Shown here: one piece after another, positions 11,968 to 24,090 of the stretch
Layout of the letters: each line of letters starts with the position of its first letter
How positions within the stretch are numbered: the stretch's first letter is position 1
Assembly (NCBI RefSeq): GCF_006345805.1
Contig: NC_043006.1
Coordinates: 20,894,001 to 20,958,000 of the forward strand
Reading direction: 5' to 3'
Length of the DNA stretch: 64,000 nt
Origin: Octopus sinensis
Taxonomy: Eukaryota
Program-made: the position numbers and the translations under genes
The notes under the pieces: generated by a model
The model's database searches: none
What the model was told of the DNA's origin: nothing
Seen by the model: only the letters and a program-made list of their open reading frames with translations

Positions 11968-12188
11968 CCCTTCAGTGTTCAGATTACTCTGTTAAATGTA
12001 ATACTTTTTCACTCAAATTGTTTTGAATTAATCCTGGATCATCTTACAGCTTTGAGGTTTCAATGATGTGATTACTTATTTTTAGAATGGCATTGTAGGT
12101 TAGGTATGAGAGGCTAGACATCGCCAGTTTGAATATAAAACATGTAGAATATATTGGGCCGGATTTGGCCAGTTTAAACACTAAAGGG
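11968..12188. mobile_element. piggyBac-type MITE
   Basis: TTAA|CCCTTCAGTGTTCA ... TTAAACACTAAAGGG|TTAA. Confidence 0.8.
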
Positions 12189-12617
12189 TTAAATAAGGAA
12201 ATCTGCAATAATTAAGAATATTTTGCATGTAACATTCACTACAACACGCTTTAATTCCATACTCTAGTTTATGTCGTTGGACTTTTTGAGTTGTTTCCCT
12301 TGCTTCATTCGTACTATTGATAGCTTATACACTTCTGATCATACAATCCACGTTGCCAAATTTTCTTATCGCTAGACTGTTATAAAGGAAAGTAATAATA
12401 TTTAAATTCAATGACAAACTGTTTAGTTACTGTGATCAATAAAAACTCTTCGGTGGAAATATCTAATTTCAGTTAAACGTAATGGATTGGTACGACGTAA
12501 CGACATCATAAAACTGACAAGAGTACATATATCACAAAGAATACACGTCATAAGATTGTGTGTGTGAGATGAGGTGAGGGTGATATAACGTTCTATTAAC
12601 TGATATCGAGTTTCAAT

Positions 12618-13090
<473 letters not shown>

Positions 13091-13269
13091 ATGATAGATA
13101 AAGAGAGATGAGGGGTAAAAGAGACAAAAAAAGAGAGATGGGGATAGAGAAAAGAAGAGAGAGGGAGAGAGAGAGGGAGATAGAGAAAGAATGATAATGT
13201 TCCAGAAAAGTACATTTTTATGCCCGCAACCCTGAGGTGGAACACATAAAGGAATATATATACACAGAG

Positions 13270-13454
13270 TGCGCGCGTGCGTGTGTGCGTGCGTATACTT
13301 ATATGTGTATAAGTGTGTATGCATATACCGACGTATGTCGATGTACATGTGTATGTATAAATGTATATGGGTATTCATACATGTATATGTAAATATGTAT
13401 GTACGTATGTATGTATGTATGAATGTATGTATGAATATATATGTATGCGTGTAT

Positions 13455-13486
<32 letters not shown>

Positions 13487-13885
13487 GTATGCGTGTATGT
13501 ATGTATGTCTGTACGTATGTATGTAAGTATGTATGCATATATGTATGCATGTATGTATGTATGTATGTATGTATGTATACGTGTATGTATGTATGTGTGT
13601 ATGTATGTATGTATGCATATATGTATGAATGTATGTATGTATGCATGTATGTATGTATGTATGTATGCATATATGTATGAATGTATGTATGTATGTATGT
13701 ATGTATGTATGTATGTATGTATGTATGTATTATACGTGTATGTATGTCTGTACGTATGTATGTATGTATGCATGTATGTATGTATGTATGCATGTATGTA
13801 TGTATGTATGCATGCATGCATGCATGTATGTATGTATGTATGTATGCATGTATGTATGTATGCATGTATGTATGTATGTGTGTAT
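13270..13885. repeat. (TATG)n-dominated microsatellite
   Basis: Direct reading. Confidence 0.95.
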
Positions 13886-14070
13886 GGTTTTCTTCCGGTA
13901 ACAGATGGAATGGAAGAGACAGTTCTTCAGAAATAAGTGGTGAAGGGTTTCATCAAAATGGAAGTGGAAGTCTTTCAAGAAAAGCGGTGGAGGTTTTACT
14001 AATCGTGGCATCAAAACACCACGAGAGACTAATACACACAAACGCACACACACACACAATTATATATTAT

Positions 14071-14218
14071 TGTGTGGTAAGTAGCTTGCTAACCAGACAC
14101 ATGTTTCCGGGTTCAGTCCCACTGCGTGGCATCTTGGGCAAGTGTCTTCTGCTATAGCCCCGGGCCGACCAATGCCTTGTGAGTGGATTTGGTAGACAGA
14201 AACTGAAAGAAGCCTGTC

Positions 14219-14284
<66 letters not shown>

Positions 14285-14386
14285 ATAATAAATATTAGGG
14301 AATAAATCCAAATTTACAAGGAAAAATCAGATTTAAGATTGCATAATAGTGGATTTGTCTCTAATTTATTATAATATATATATATA

Positions 14387-14421
<35 letters not shown>

Positions 14422-14629
14422 ATGTGTGTCTGTGTTTGTCCCTCTAGCATTGCTTGACAACCGATGCTGGTGTGTTTACGTCCCCGTTACTTAGCGGTTC
14501 GGCAAAAGAAGCCAATAGAATAAGTACTGGGCATACAAAGAATAAGTCCCGGAGTCGATATGCTCGACTAAAGGCGGTGCTCCAGCATGGCCGCAGTCAA
14601 ATGACTGAAACAAGTAAAAGAGTAAAAGA
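14071..14629 (+). mobile_element. SINE family A with expanded or interrupted central microsatellite
   Basis: Head 14071-14220, body 14421-14629; ~95 bp of non-SINE sequence at 14281-14375. Confidence 0.85.
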
Positions 14630-14667
14630 TATATATATATATATATATATAATATATTATATATATA

Positions 14668-14757
14668 TATTTCTTTACTACCCACAACAGGCTAAACACA
14701 GAGGGGACAAACAAGGACAGACAAAGGGATTAAGTCGATTACATCGACCCCAGTGCG
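14668..14757 (-). mobile_element. SINE-B 3' fragment, inverted relative to the adjacent trimer
   Basis: Reverse complement of the B1 tail. Confidence 0.85.
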
Positions 14758-14796
14758 AAACTCTCTCGAGACCCTTTATTTTTCGAGCATGAAAAG

Positions 14797-15280
14797 TCCT
14801 TTGCCTTTCATCCTTTCGGGGTCGATAAATTAAGTACCAGTTACGCACTGGGGTCGATGTAATCGACTAAATCCGTTTGTCTGTCCTTGTTTGTCCTCTC
14901 TTTACTACCTTATGGGTAGTGAAGAAATAAGTATTTCGTCTGCTGCTACGTTCTGAGTTCAAATTCCGCCGAAGTCGACTTTACCATTCATCCTTTCGGG
15001 GTCGATTAAATAAGTACCAGTTACGCACTGGGGTCGATATAATCGACTTAATCCGTTTGTCTGTCCTTGTTTGTCCTTTCTGTGTTTAGCCCCTTGTGGT
15101 TAGTAAAGACATAGGTATTTCGCCCGTCGCTCCTTTCTGAGTTCAAATTCCACCGAGGTCGACTTTGCCTTTCATCCTTTCGAACTCGATAAATTAAGTA
15201 CCAGTTGCGTACTGGGGTCGATCTAATCGACTGGCCCGCTCTCCAAAAATTCCAGACCTTGTGCCTATATTAGAAAGGTT
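14797..15280 (+). mobile_element. SINE-B trimer (B1-B1-B2 tails)
   Basis: Junctions GAAATAAGTATTTC (~14929) and GACATAGGTATTTC (~15113); last unit ends with the alternative tail GACCTTGTGCCTATATTAGAAAGG. Confidence 0.85.
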
Positions 15281-15304
15281 TATTGTCATAATCATCATCA
15301 TCAT

Positions 15305-15337
<33 letters not shown>

Positions 15338-15749
15338 CAACAGCGGCAGCAGGAATGGTAGTAGTCTTCAACTCTGTTGTTTTCCGTCTTTTACTCTGCC
15401 ACGTCTACTTGGTTCCAGCTTAAACCAGGAGGAAAATGTGGGTGGAGAGGGATGTGCTAGCAACCGTCTCCCGTTATTGTTTTACAAACTAAACAACAAC
15501 ACAAATGACTATGCAGAGGCAGCAATGGTTGAAACAAGAACGAGAACAACAAGCATTATTAAAAGAGAAAAGAAGCAATGGTCATTCCTTACCCAAGTGA
15601 CCTTATCTTATTGGCCATAAATTTATGCGCTCCTAAATTAGCTTGATAGTTGAGCTCTGAATGGCTGTATACAAATGGGTTCATAACAGGGTTCCGGAAC
15701 TCTTGTGGGGAAAAAAATTTCGCACCCCGGACACACCCGCATTTGAATC

Positions 15750-15925
15750 TCTGACACGCTTTCACTTGACTCACTAACACAGCCACGTGTAGGTCACTGA
15801 CGCATCTACACGGACTCTACATAGACTCATCCTTACTTGGGTCACTGACATAACCTCATTTATGTCACTGACATGCCTTCACTTAGGTCATTGACACGCC
15901 TTCCCTTGAGTCATTAATACGCCTT
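15750..15925. repeat. Degenerate ~24-bp minisatellite
   Basis: GTCACTGACA(C/T)GCCTTCACTT(A/G)G-like unit repeated about 6-7 times. Confidence 0.6.
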
Positions 15926-16139
15926 CGTTTGTGTCAAAGAGCATAGAAAGACCAAGCCCTCATTAGACATTTAGAACTTTTTCCTTACAATATTTATATA
16001 GACTGTGTTACTGATTCTGACACCAGCCACTGTTACTTGTGTTGCATGACAAAAATTTGAACATGAATGTGTTTGCTCCATTCTACTTCAAGTGTACTTC
16101 AAAAGTATCCCAACATAAGCCATATATTTACCGATTTCA

Positions 16140-16358
16140 ATTTATTTCAAATTTTTGGCACAAGGCCTGCAGTTTCGGGGAAAGGGGTTAGTCGATTACG
16201 TCGACCTCAGTACTCAACTGGTACTTAGTTTATCGACCCCGAGGGAATGGAAGGGAAAGTCAACCTCCGCAGAACTTGAACTTAGACGTAAAGACTGGCG
16301 AAATACTGCTAAGCATTTTTGACCCGGGGTGCTAACGATTGTTCCAGCCCACTACCTT
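16140..16358 (-). mobile_element. Degenerate SINE-B (B2 tail)
   Basis: GGCACAAGGCC tail, GGTACTTAGTTTATCGACCCC central domain, head remnant. Confidence 0.7.
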
Positions 16359-16367
16359 AAACCATCA

Positions 16368-16882
16368 TCTATATATATAAAACTGTAGTTGTGTGAGTGT
16401 CTGTCCCCTTCGATTTAGATTCCTAACTACTCCCATATTTTGCGGTGCAGTTTAACCAAATTCAGGTATCTTATAGTCGTGATTCATATCGAGCCCGTCT
16501 GAGTATTAGCGCGCGTCTACGATGAGTCTACGATTTTAAAAATAATTTAACATCATTTTTTATTCCATTTTAATGCATAATTTTTCGTGTGTCGATGGCG
16601 GTGGAGTTGGCGTCCACGCTCAAACACCTGCACCTGTTTGCTTCTCCCCTTTCTTCCCTCCCTCGTGAAGCTGTGGGGAAGGGAGTGTAAGGAAATCAAC
16701 GCCGTAAAGCGTTGTCAAGGAGACCAGCGTTCTTTTAGAACAACGACTTCATGGCTTGAAGACACCAAAACAGAAATGGCTAAGAAAGACCGAATTGGCA
16801 TCTATAAGGGAAGTAACTCTCTAAAAATGCTTATATAGTTATTTCCCTTACAAACCCGAGCAACGCCGGGCGATACTGCTAG
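16368..16882 (+). mobile_element. Non-autonomous Helitron, copy 1 of a tandem pair
   Basis: A|TCTATATATATAAAA start; CCCGAGCAACGCCGGG hairpin; CTAG end at 16879-16882. Confidence 0.85.
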
Positions 16883-17266
16883 TTATATATAAAAGTAAGG
16901 TTGTGTGTCTGTCTACTCCGATTTAGATTCCTAACTACTCCCACATTTTGCGGTGCAGTTTAGCCAAAACCGGGTATCTTATAGTCGTGATTCATATCGA
17001 GCCCTTCTGGGTATTAGCGCGCGTCTACGATGAGTCTACGATTTTAAAAATAATTTACCATCATTTTTCCATTTTAATGCATATTTTTTTAAAGGGAAGT
17101 AACTCTCTAAAAATGTCTACGATGATTCAACGATTTAAAAAAAAATTACCATCATATTTTTTCCATTTTTAATGCATTTCTTTGCTAATTTTTGGCTATA
17201 ACTCTCTAAAAATGCTTTATAGTTATTTCCCTTACAAACCCGAGCAACTCCGGGCGATACTGCTAG
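16883..17266 (+). mobile_element. Non-autonomous Helitron, copy 2 (head-to-tail)
   Basis: Same 5' body and 3' hairpin; CTAG|T at 17263-17267; internal deletion and duplication relative to copy 1. Confidence 0.85.
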
Positions 17267-18195
17267 TTTAGTTATAAGCAAAGTGTTGTGTAGGCCCATG
17301 TAGTGTAATGGGGACGCGTTATGCACAGTGTTGTGGAAAGTCTAATGAAGAAACCTTATTTAGAGCAATGTTGTGTTATGAGAAAGTCTTGTGTAATGTA
17401 ATCTAGCGCAGGGCCAGTTTTAAGACAATTAGACAGAATATAGCCGCTAAAATCTGTTCTGGTCGCGAAGAAGCTAGCATTTTTATAAAACCAGATGTAA
17501 TATTCCTTACTTAAAATAATACTAATTTGAAGTAATTGTTATTCCGGAGTCCCAGTATTTGCCAATATTTACCAATTCTTATCGCCCTTAAAGGATTAGG
17601 AAGTCTTTCTGCCAGCATCAGATTTATTTAGATAGATAAAGAAAGGAATTAAGTTAACGGCATTCAGTAATGCGCTTGACTTATTCGTGTACTTCAGTGC
17701 TAAAATATGATGTTTCATTGTTGGTCGTAGGTGGAGATTGACGTAAATGGAATTCAGTCGTTAGTTATTGTATATTTATTTCTCCTTCGATAAATACAGA
17801 AATATATTCGTTGAAGGATGTAAAACTATAATGACAGAACTAAGTATTTTTATAAACCATCTCTCATGATCCATTTTGTATAGTTTCTTTCTTTCTTTCT
17901 TTCTTTCATTCTTTTTTCTTTCTCGTTCTGTGTGCGTGTGTGTGTGTGTGCATACACACACACACACATATAGGTTATGGAAGATAATGGTGTTAATAAG
18001 ACCCAAAGGTGTCAGGTAATGATGAGTACGTGCTATGGCAGGTTATATAATTAAGCTCCAGGTCCGGTGATTATGCGAATAGGGAGTCCAATGTAGGTCA
18101 TATATCAGCATGTGTATATATAAAAAAAATTATTTTTCAGAATGAGATAAAAAAAACCCAAGGCTGTGAAGATTCTAGAACATTTATAAATAGAA

Positions 18196-18245
18196 GGTCT
18201 TACAGCTGTTTCCAGGATATTTATTATATCCCTTCATCGGAGATG
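18196..18245 (-). ncRNA. Minimal type-I hammerhead-like motif, probably a PLE terminal-repeat remnant
   Basis: Minus strand TCT-CCGATGA-A-GGGATA taataaa TATCCT-G-GAA-ACAGCTGT-A-AGA; palindromic stem III; stem I only 3 bp; U4->C. Confidence 0.5.
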
Positions 18246-18660
18246 GTGTGAGAAAATGGTTAAGCAATAGTTACAAAATAGAGAGTGAAGTAGAGATATG
18301 AAAATAGTTGTGAGATATGTAGGTATTGCATTTGTAGATCCATTATTTAGGTAGAATGGTATACAGGTAAGATTCCAATACCTTATGAGTAAAATCCAGT
18401 AGTATTTAAAATTGGTCATTCCAAGTATAGAGTTTGTAAACAGTGCTATTGAATCAAGGGTAGGGAATGTATTTGTAAGGTCAAATCGAAAACACTCGTC
18501 TAGTATTCCATTTTGAACATGGCTTCAACTTACTCTGTACTAAGAAGTGATCTGATACTCCTCCACCTTCACCTCTCATTAACATACACGTCTACCAACC
18601 TTCCTACCATTCTCTTATCAATTAACACATAATCTATCAAGGTTCTATCCACTACATATA

Positions 18661-19378
18661 GGCGTAGGAGTGGCTGTGTGGTAAGTAGCTTGCTAACCAA
18701 CCACTTGGTTCCGGGTTCAGTCCCACTGCGTGGCATCTTGGGCAAGTGTCTTCTACTATAGCCTCGGGCCGACCAATGCCTTGTGAATGGATTTGGTAGA
18801 CGGAAGCTGAAAGAAGCCTGTCGTATATATGTATATATATATATATAACATAAGAGGGATCAGCCATCTGAATGTGGCTAGGGTCAGGGCGGGGTGGTGG
18901 GGGTGTTACTGATGCATTTAGCCCCAGGCGAACATCGACGTCACCAGAAGGCTGACACCATCTCGGTGACGTCGATGTTCCGCCTGGGGCTAAATGCATC
19001 AGTAACACCCCCACCACCCCGCCCTGACCCTAGCCACATTCAGATGGCTGATCCCTCTTATGTTATAGAGCAGTTACTGTTTATATCTCCTCCCAGAGAT
19101 TTATTATTGTATATATATATATATATATATATAGATACGTGTGTGTGTATGTGTGTGTTTGTGTGTGTGTGTTTGTCCCCCTAGCATTGCTTGACAACCG
19201 ATGCTGGTGTGTTTACGTCCCCGTCACTTAGCGGTTCGGCAAAACCGACCGATAGAATAAAGTACTGGGCTTACAAAGAATAAGTCCCGGGGTCGATTTG
19301 CTCGACTAAAGGCGGTGCTCCAGCATGGCCGCAGTCAAATGACTGAAACAAGTAAAAGAGTAAAAGAGAGTAAAGAGT
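18661..19378 (+). mobile_element. SINE family A with a hairpin element inserted in its microsatellite
   Basis: Head 18661-18825, body 19150-19378. Confidence 0.9.
18844..19067. repeat. Near-perfect inverted repeat (102/103-bp arms, 19-bp spacer)
   Basis: Arms 18844-18945 and 18965-19067 differ by one inserted C. Confidence 0.95.
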
Positions 19379-19479
19379 ACTGTTCTATCCTCCAGCCTTT
19401 CTACCATTCTCTTATCAATTGATACATAATCTATCAAGGTTCTATCCACTACTGTTTCCCCCCTCACCACCCCCCCCAT

Positions 19480-20455
19480 TCACCATGTGAACTTATTCTT
19501 CTCCCACTTTTTTAAAAAGATTATTCCCCACACCACCAACTCCTGCTCCATACACATTTCCAACAACCTCCTCCTTCCACTCTCATTCCGATTAGGAACT
19601 CCATATTTTCCAACTACATTTTCCATTTCCTCATTTTCCACTCAAACATTCAAATCATCCAACTCTTTTACTTTTTTACTTGTTTCAGTCATTTGACTGT
19701 GGCCATGCTGGAGCACCGCCTTTTAGTCGAGCACATCGACCCCGGGACTTATTCTTTTGTAAGCCCAGTACTTATTCTATCGGTCTCTTTTGCCGAACCG
19801 CTAAGTGACGGGGACATAAACATTGGTTGTCAAGCAATACTAGGGGGACAAACACAGACACAAACATACACGCACACACATATACATATATACATACATA
19901 TATACGACGGGCTTCTTTCAGTTTCCGTCTACCAAATCCACTCACAAGGCATTGGTCGGCCCGAGGCTACAGTAGAAGACTCTTGCCCAAGGTGCCACGC
20001 AGTGGGACTGAACCCGGAACCATGTGGTTGGTTAGCAAGCTACTTACCCCACAGCCACTCCTGCGCATAACCCCTTTCCCCCCCCACTCTATCCACGCAC
20101 TATGTCCCGTCCCTCCAGAACTCCTCTACTTTTTTCCCCACTCCTTTCACTCCCTGAACCATATGCACTAAAAAACATCCACATCTCTCCTCCACACCTC
20201 ACATTAACCTTGAAGACACTTCCCTCCACTCCACCACACTCTCCTTCATACATTCACCCTACCAGCAATGCCACTCCCTCACGAGCCCTCCCCATCTCAC
20301 TCCCAACACTCGTCTAGTCACATCACCAAACTGGTACTCTCCCTTACCTTTCATCTTAGACTCGCTCAACGCCAGCACATCCCATCCATCCTTCTCATCA
20401 TCTGCTATCTCCCTCCTCTTTACCTCACTTTTACTACACCCACACACATTCCATG
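19480..20455 (-). mobile_element. Decayed RTE-type LINE, apurinic-like endonuclease region
   Basis: Minus-strand fragments DVLALSESKMKGKGEYQFG ... AYG ... VVGKYGVPNRNESGRRLLEMC.EQEL ... KFTW; interrupted by SINE-A. Confidence 0.8.
19663..20066 (-). mobile_element. SINE family A nested in the RTE fragment
   Basis: Matches the A consensus. Confidence 0.9.
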
Positions 20456-20813
20456 ACCCTAGTATTAGGGTGAGATTAGGTGCTAACCTTCTCCCACCTC
20501 CTTGTCTTCTTGTTTTTAGGAAAATGAAATTACTAGGAGAGGATTCCCAATTCCTTCGTTCCCAACCCTTTTAGACGCCTCTTACGCCACGCAAGAAATA
20601 CGGCGACTGCATTCTACCACCTCCACCCTAGTCGCAGTGGAGTTTGCTAGTTAACCCATAGCTAGGACCATTACAAGTGGTACCGCTCCGGGCCAGAGTA
20701 GACCTGGGAACAATAGTGGCTAAGAGGTGATTCCACACTCTTCAAACCTTGAAACCAAAGCCCCAGGATACCTTACCGGATGTTGTAGTTTAGTCATATC
20801 AGGACAATATCTG

Positions 20814-20859
<46 letters not shown>

Positions 20860-20879
20860 CTCTATATATCTATATATAG

Positions 20880-20996
20880 ATCACGTGATCACGTGACCGA
20901 CCAGATCATCAGATGTTGCTACACATCGTTGGTCACAATGCGTTTTGCATTGTTTTAGCCTTCGAACGACGCCACCCCGCTGGCTAAGCGAGCAGG
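20880..20996 (-). mobile_element. SINE family C, C2 tail fragment
   Basis: Matches the 3' ends of 25692 and 39371. Confidence 0.8.
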
Positions 20997-21006
20997 CCAT
21001 ATATAT

Positions 21007-21050
<44 letters not shown>

Positions 21051-21120
21051 ATATGTGTGTGGTGTGTGTGTGTGTGTGTGTGTTGTGTGTGTGTGTGTGT
21101 GTATGTATGTGTGTGTGTAT

Positions 21121-21436
21121 CTGGTCTAACGACCCTCCATGCTTGTTTTCGTTTGGTTTCCCTGTATGTCTCCACTGACCTGATTTTGTTACCAACTTCG
21201 ACCCTCCATAAATCCCAAATTCTATTTTGGTTCTTGCGGGACCAACGGCCTTCGAAGACCCATATTGTCGTTCAATGCTCGAAAAGAAGAGTAGAATGGT
21301 TGCTGATAACTGATGAAGGGTCGTTCTTTGTGTTACTTGTCATGTTTTCCGTTTGTTTTTCTCGTTGCTTGCGTATTCAGCTTATTTGTTTTCGTATTTC
21401 ATGTTGTTGACTGCTTGTGACATCCTGTACCCATAT
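21121..21436 (+). repeat. Unclassified repeat family G (ends TGTACCCATATAT)
   Basis: Homologous to 43911-44786 and, more distantly, 59040-60263; strand assigned from the conserved GAAA..GTA..CTGANGA words. Confidence 0.7.
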
Positions 21437-21581
21437 ATGCATAACATATATGCCTATATATATATATAGTTTATTTAAAAGCAGCAGAAATATAATAAAA
21501 GCTGTTACTCGGAGTTTCACATTCTCGTTCGTTGGACAGCATGGCCGCAGTCAAAAGGACAATAACAAGTAAAAGAATATA

Positions 21582-21626
<45 letters not shown>

Positions 21627-21701
21627 AGAATATAATGGTAGTTTTGACTTTAAGAGTCCCTTGTAGAGTGAGGCATTTATGTATAGTAATGCCCTCAATA
21701 T

Positions 21702-21734
<33 letters not shown>

Positions 21735-21857
21735 TTCGCCTATTTGCTTTTTCTTTTCCCTCCTTTCTGACGCCTAAATACACCTCTCTTGTTTATTTTC
21801 CTCATTTTCTTTTTTCTCTGTTTTTTTTTTGTCGTGAGGCATTCTTATCTCGTTTCA

Positions 21858-22180
21858 GATGTCTTAAACGAAACCAGGTCACTCCACTTGACCAGGTTTA
21901 TCAAGAAATCAGTGTCTGGCACTTTGGTCGGTCTGTGACAGAGTTGACAGAAAAAGAAGCTGCCACCTGCAGATAAGTTTCTCTATCAACAGTGATTCAT
22001 AATGTTTGTTGTTTTACTCTCTAGAGATTACATCATTGCCGCCTCATTTGTATATGCATATCTAACATGCACATAAATAAATGCGTTCGCACACACACAG
22101 ACACACACACACACATATACACACACACAGACACACATATATATACACACACACAGACACAAACACACATATACACACAC
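21858..22180 (+). repeat. Copy 1 of a ~320-bp near-identical direct duplication
   Basis: Identical to 23455-23773 apart from microsatellite length. Confidence 0.95.
21859..21976 (+). CDS. Possible terminal coding exon of an unidentified gene
   Basis: Long polypyrimidine tract and TTTCAG acceptor; open frame CLKRNQVTPLDQVYQEISVWHFGRSVTELTEKEAATCR*; AATAAA ~100 nt downstream; no homology recognised. Confidence 0.2.
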
Positions 22181-22300
22181 ACACCTCCCAACAACAGACT
22201 AATTGAAGAGCTCTGATGAATTATGATACCAGTGACCAATGTTGCTGGAACTAAGAGATAAAGGACGAATGTATTCGTTCTGAAGTCTTCGTTCGGACAT

Positions 22301-22710
22301 ACTCTTTTACTCTTTTACTCTTTTACTTGTTTCAGTCATTTGACTGCGGCCATGCTGGAGCACCACCTTTAGTCGAGCAAATCGACCCCGGGACTTATTC
22401 TTTGTAAGCCTACTACTTATTCTATCGGTCTCTTTTGCCGAACCGCTAAGTTACGGGGACGTAAACATACCAGCATCGGTGGTCAAGCAATGCTAGGGGG
22501 ACAAACACAAACACACACACACACACATACATATATATATACATATATACGACAGGCTTCTTTCAGTTTCCGTCTACCAAATCCACTCACAAGGCATGGT
22601 CGGGCCCGGGGCTATAGCAGAAGCCACTTGCCCAAGATGCCACGCAGTGGGACTGAACCCGGAACCATGTGGTTGGTTAGCAAGCTACTTACCACACAGC
22701 CACTGCTGCA
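22301..22710 (-). mobile_element. SINE family A
   Basis: Matches the A consensus. Confidence 0.9.
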
Positions 22711-22887
22711 CCTTCTTAGACTTCTTAGACAGCATCACGATAAACGAAGACGGTAACAGCACGGATATTAAAATAAATTATTAATGGCAGTTTCATAAAT
22801 TCTGTTTAGAGATCTGGAACCACTCAATAGGCAATGTAAGGAAACGACAAGAGGACTGTAGTGATGCTGCTGCTGTGTAAGGTTCAG

Positions 22888-22952
22888 TGCGCATGCGCAG
22901 AATGGGACTACTTCCGGGTGTCCACCGGAAGTCTTCCCCATGCGCATGTGCG
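22888..22952. promoter_or_regulatory. Housekeeping-type promoter module NRF1-ETS-ETS-NRF1
   Basis: TGCGCATGCGCA 22888-22899; ACTTCCGG 22910-22917; CCGGAAGT 22925-22932; TGCGCATGTGCG 22941-22952; non-repeat CpG-rich context. Confidence 0.7.
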
Positions 22953-23454
22953 GGAAACTGACCCCTAGAACACAGACCACTCACTCACTCTCTCTGGCCC
23001 TTTCAGCCCTCGTGAACAGACGTGCATTTGGTAGTCTCTGAGAACTCTACACCGGCTTAGCAACGGACCACATCGAATCACTTCAATCAACCAACAAGAA
23101 GCAGTACAAAGATTCGGCTGTCGTTTCCCCCTCAGAAATACGTACACCATCACGAGAAATAAACAACATTTGCTGTCTTTTCCCAGATAACCTGACTTCG
23201 TCTGTTATATTTAACTAAATTGAATGTGACGGGATCGGATCGGACACCCCTTCAGTGATACTGATTCCAGATCCTGTTACAAGACTGTAACGGGAGTGAA
23301 TATCTTCTCTGCACTTTTTGGGTGCAGTTGGTGCAATCACTTTCCGTTGCTTTTAATAATCCAGATTCTACCAGTCAAAGAAACACAAAAACGCAGACGT
23401 AAAAAATAGATATACTTTATTGTCTTATAACGGTGAGAAATAAGTGGTATATCT

Positions 23455-23773
23455 GATGTCTTAAACGAAACCAGGTCACTCCACTTGACCAGGTTTATCA
23501 AGAAATCAGTGTCTGGCACTTTGGTCGGTCTGTGACAGAGTTGACAGAAAAAGAAGCTGCCACCTGCAGATAAGTTTCTCTATCAACAGTGATTCATAAT
23601 GTTTGTTGTTTTACTCTCTAGAGATTACATCATTGCCGCCTCATTTGTATATGCATATCTAACATGCACATAAATAAATGCGTTCGCACACACACAGACA
23701 CACACACACATATACACACACACAGACACACATATATACACACACACAGACACAAACACACATATACACACAC
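23455..23773 (+). repeat. Copy 2 of the ~320-bp duplication
   Basis: See 21858; lacks the upstream splice acceptor. Confidence 0.95.
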
Positions 23774-23839
23774 GTGCAAGGCTGAAAGTTAATCGCTTGT
23801 AAGATTTTACAATGTTCAGCCGCTAAAAACAGAACGGGT

Positions 23840-24090
23840 CAAAAAATGGCGTCCGGAGAAAGAAGATGATGTGGTCTGCAACAATTCAGGTTAAAAGTCT
23901 TCGGCTAAAAGACTGCTGCTATCAAAACCGGAGAGAGAGCGAATTAAACGTCTGCTTCTATCAAAAGCCTTCTGCTGTCTCTGCTGGACGCTAATGGTCA
24001 ACGTTTTACGCTCCCTTGCCTCTTTGCTAAGGCTCGCTTTTTCCTAGCCAATCAACTAATTCCACGATAGCAAAATTCCCTCTTCCGGAC
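23840..24090. promoter_or_regulatory. Second promoter-like CpG patch (YY1, CCAAT, ETS-like motifs)
   Basis: AAAATGGCG 23843-23851; AGCCAATCA 24046-24054; CTTCCGG 24082-24088. Confidence 0.4.

Noticed and set aside
13885-14030. Purine-rich unique island between microsatellites with an open frame
   Set aside because: No splice signals or known motif; origin undetermined
15421-15600. Coiled-coil-like peptide MTMQRQQWLKQEREQQALLKEKR
   Set aside because: In-frame stop upstream, no convincing splice pair, no recognisable homology
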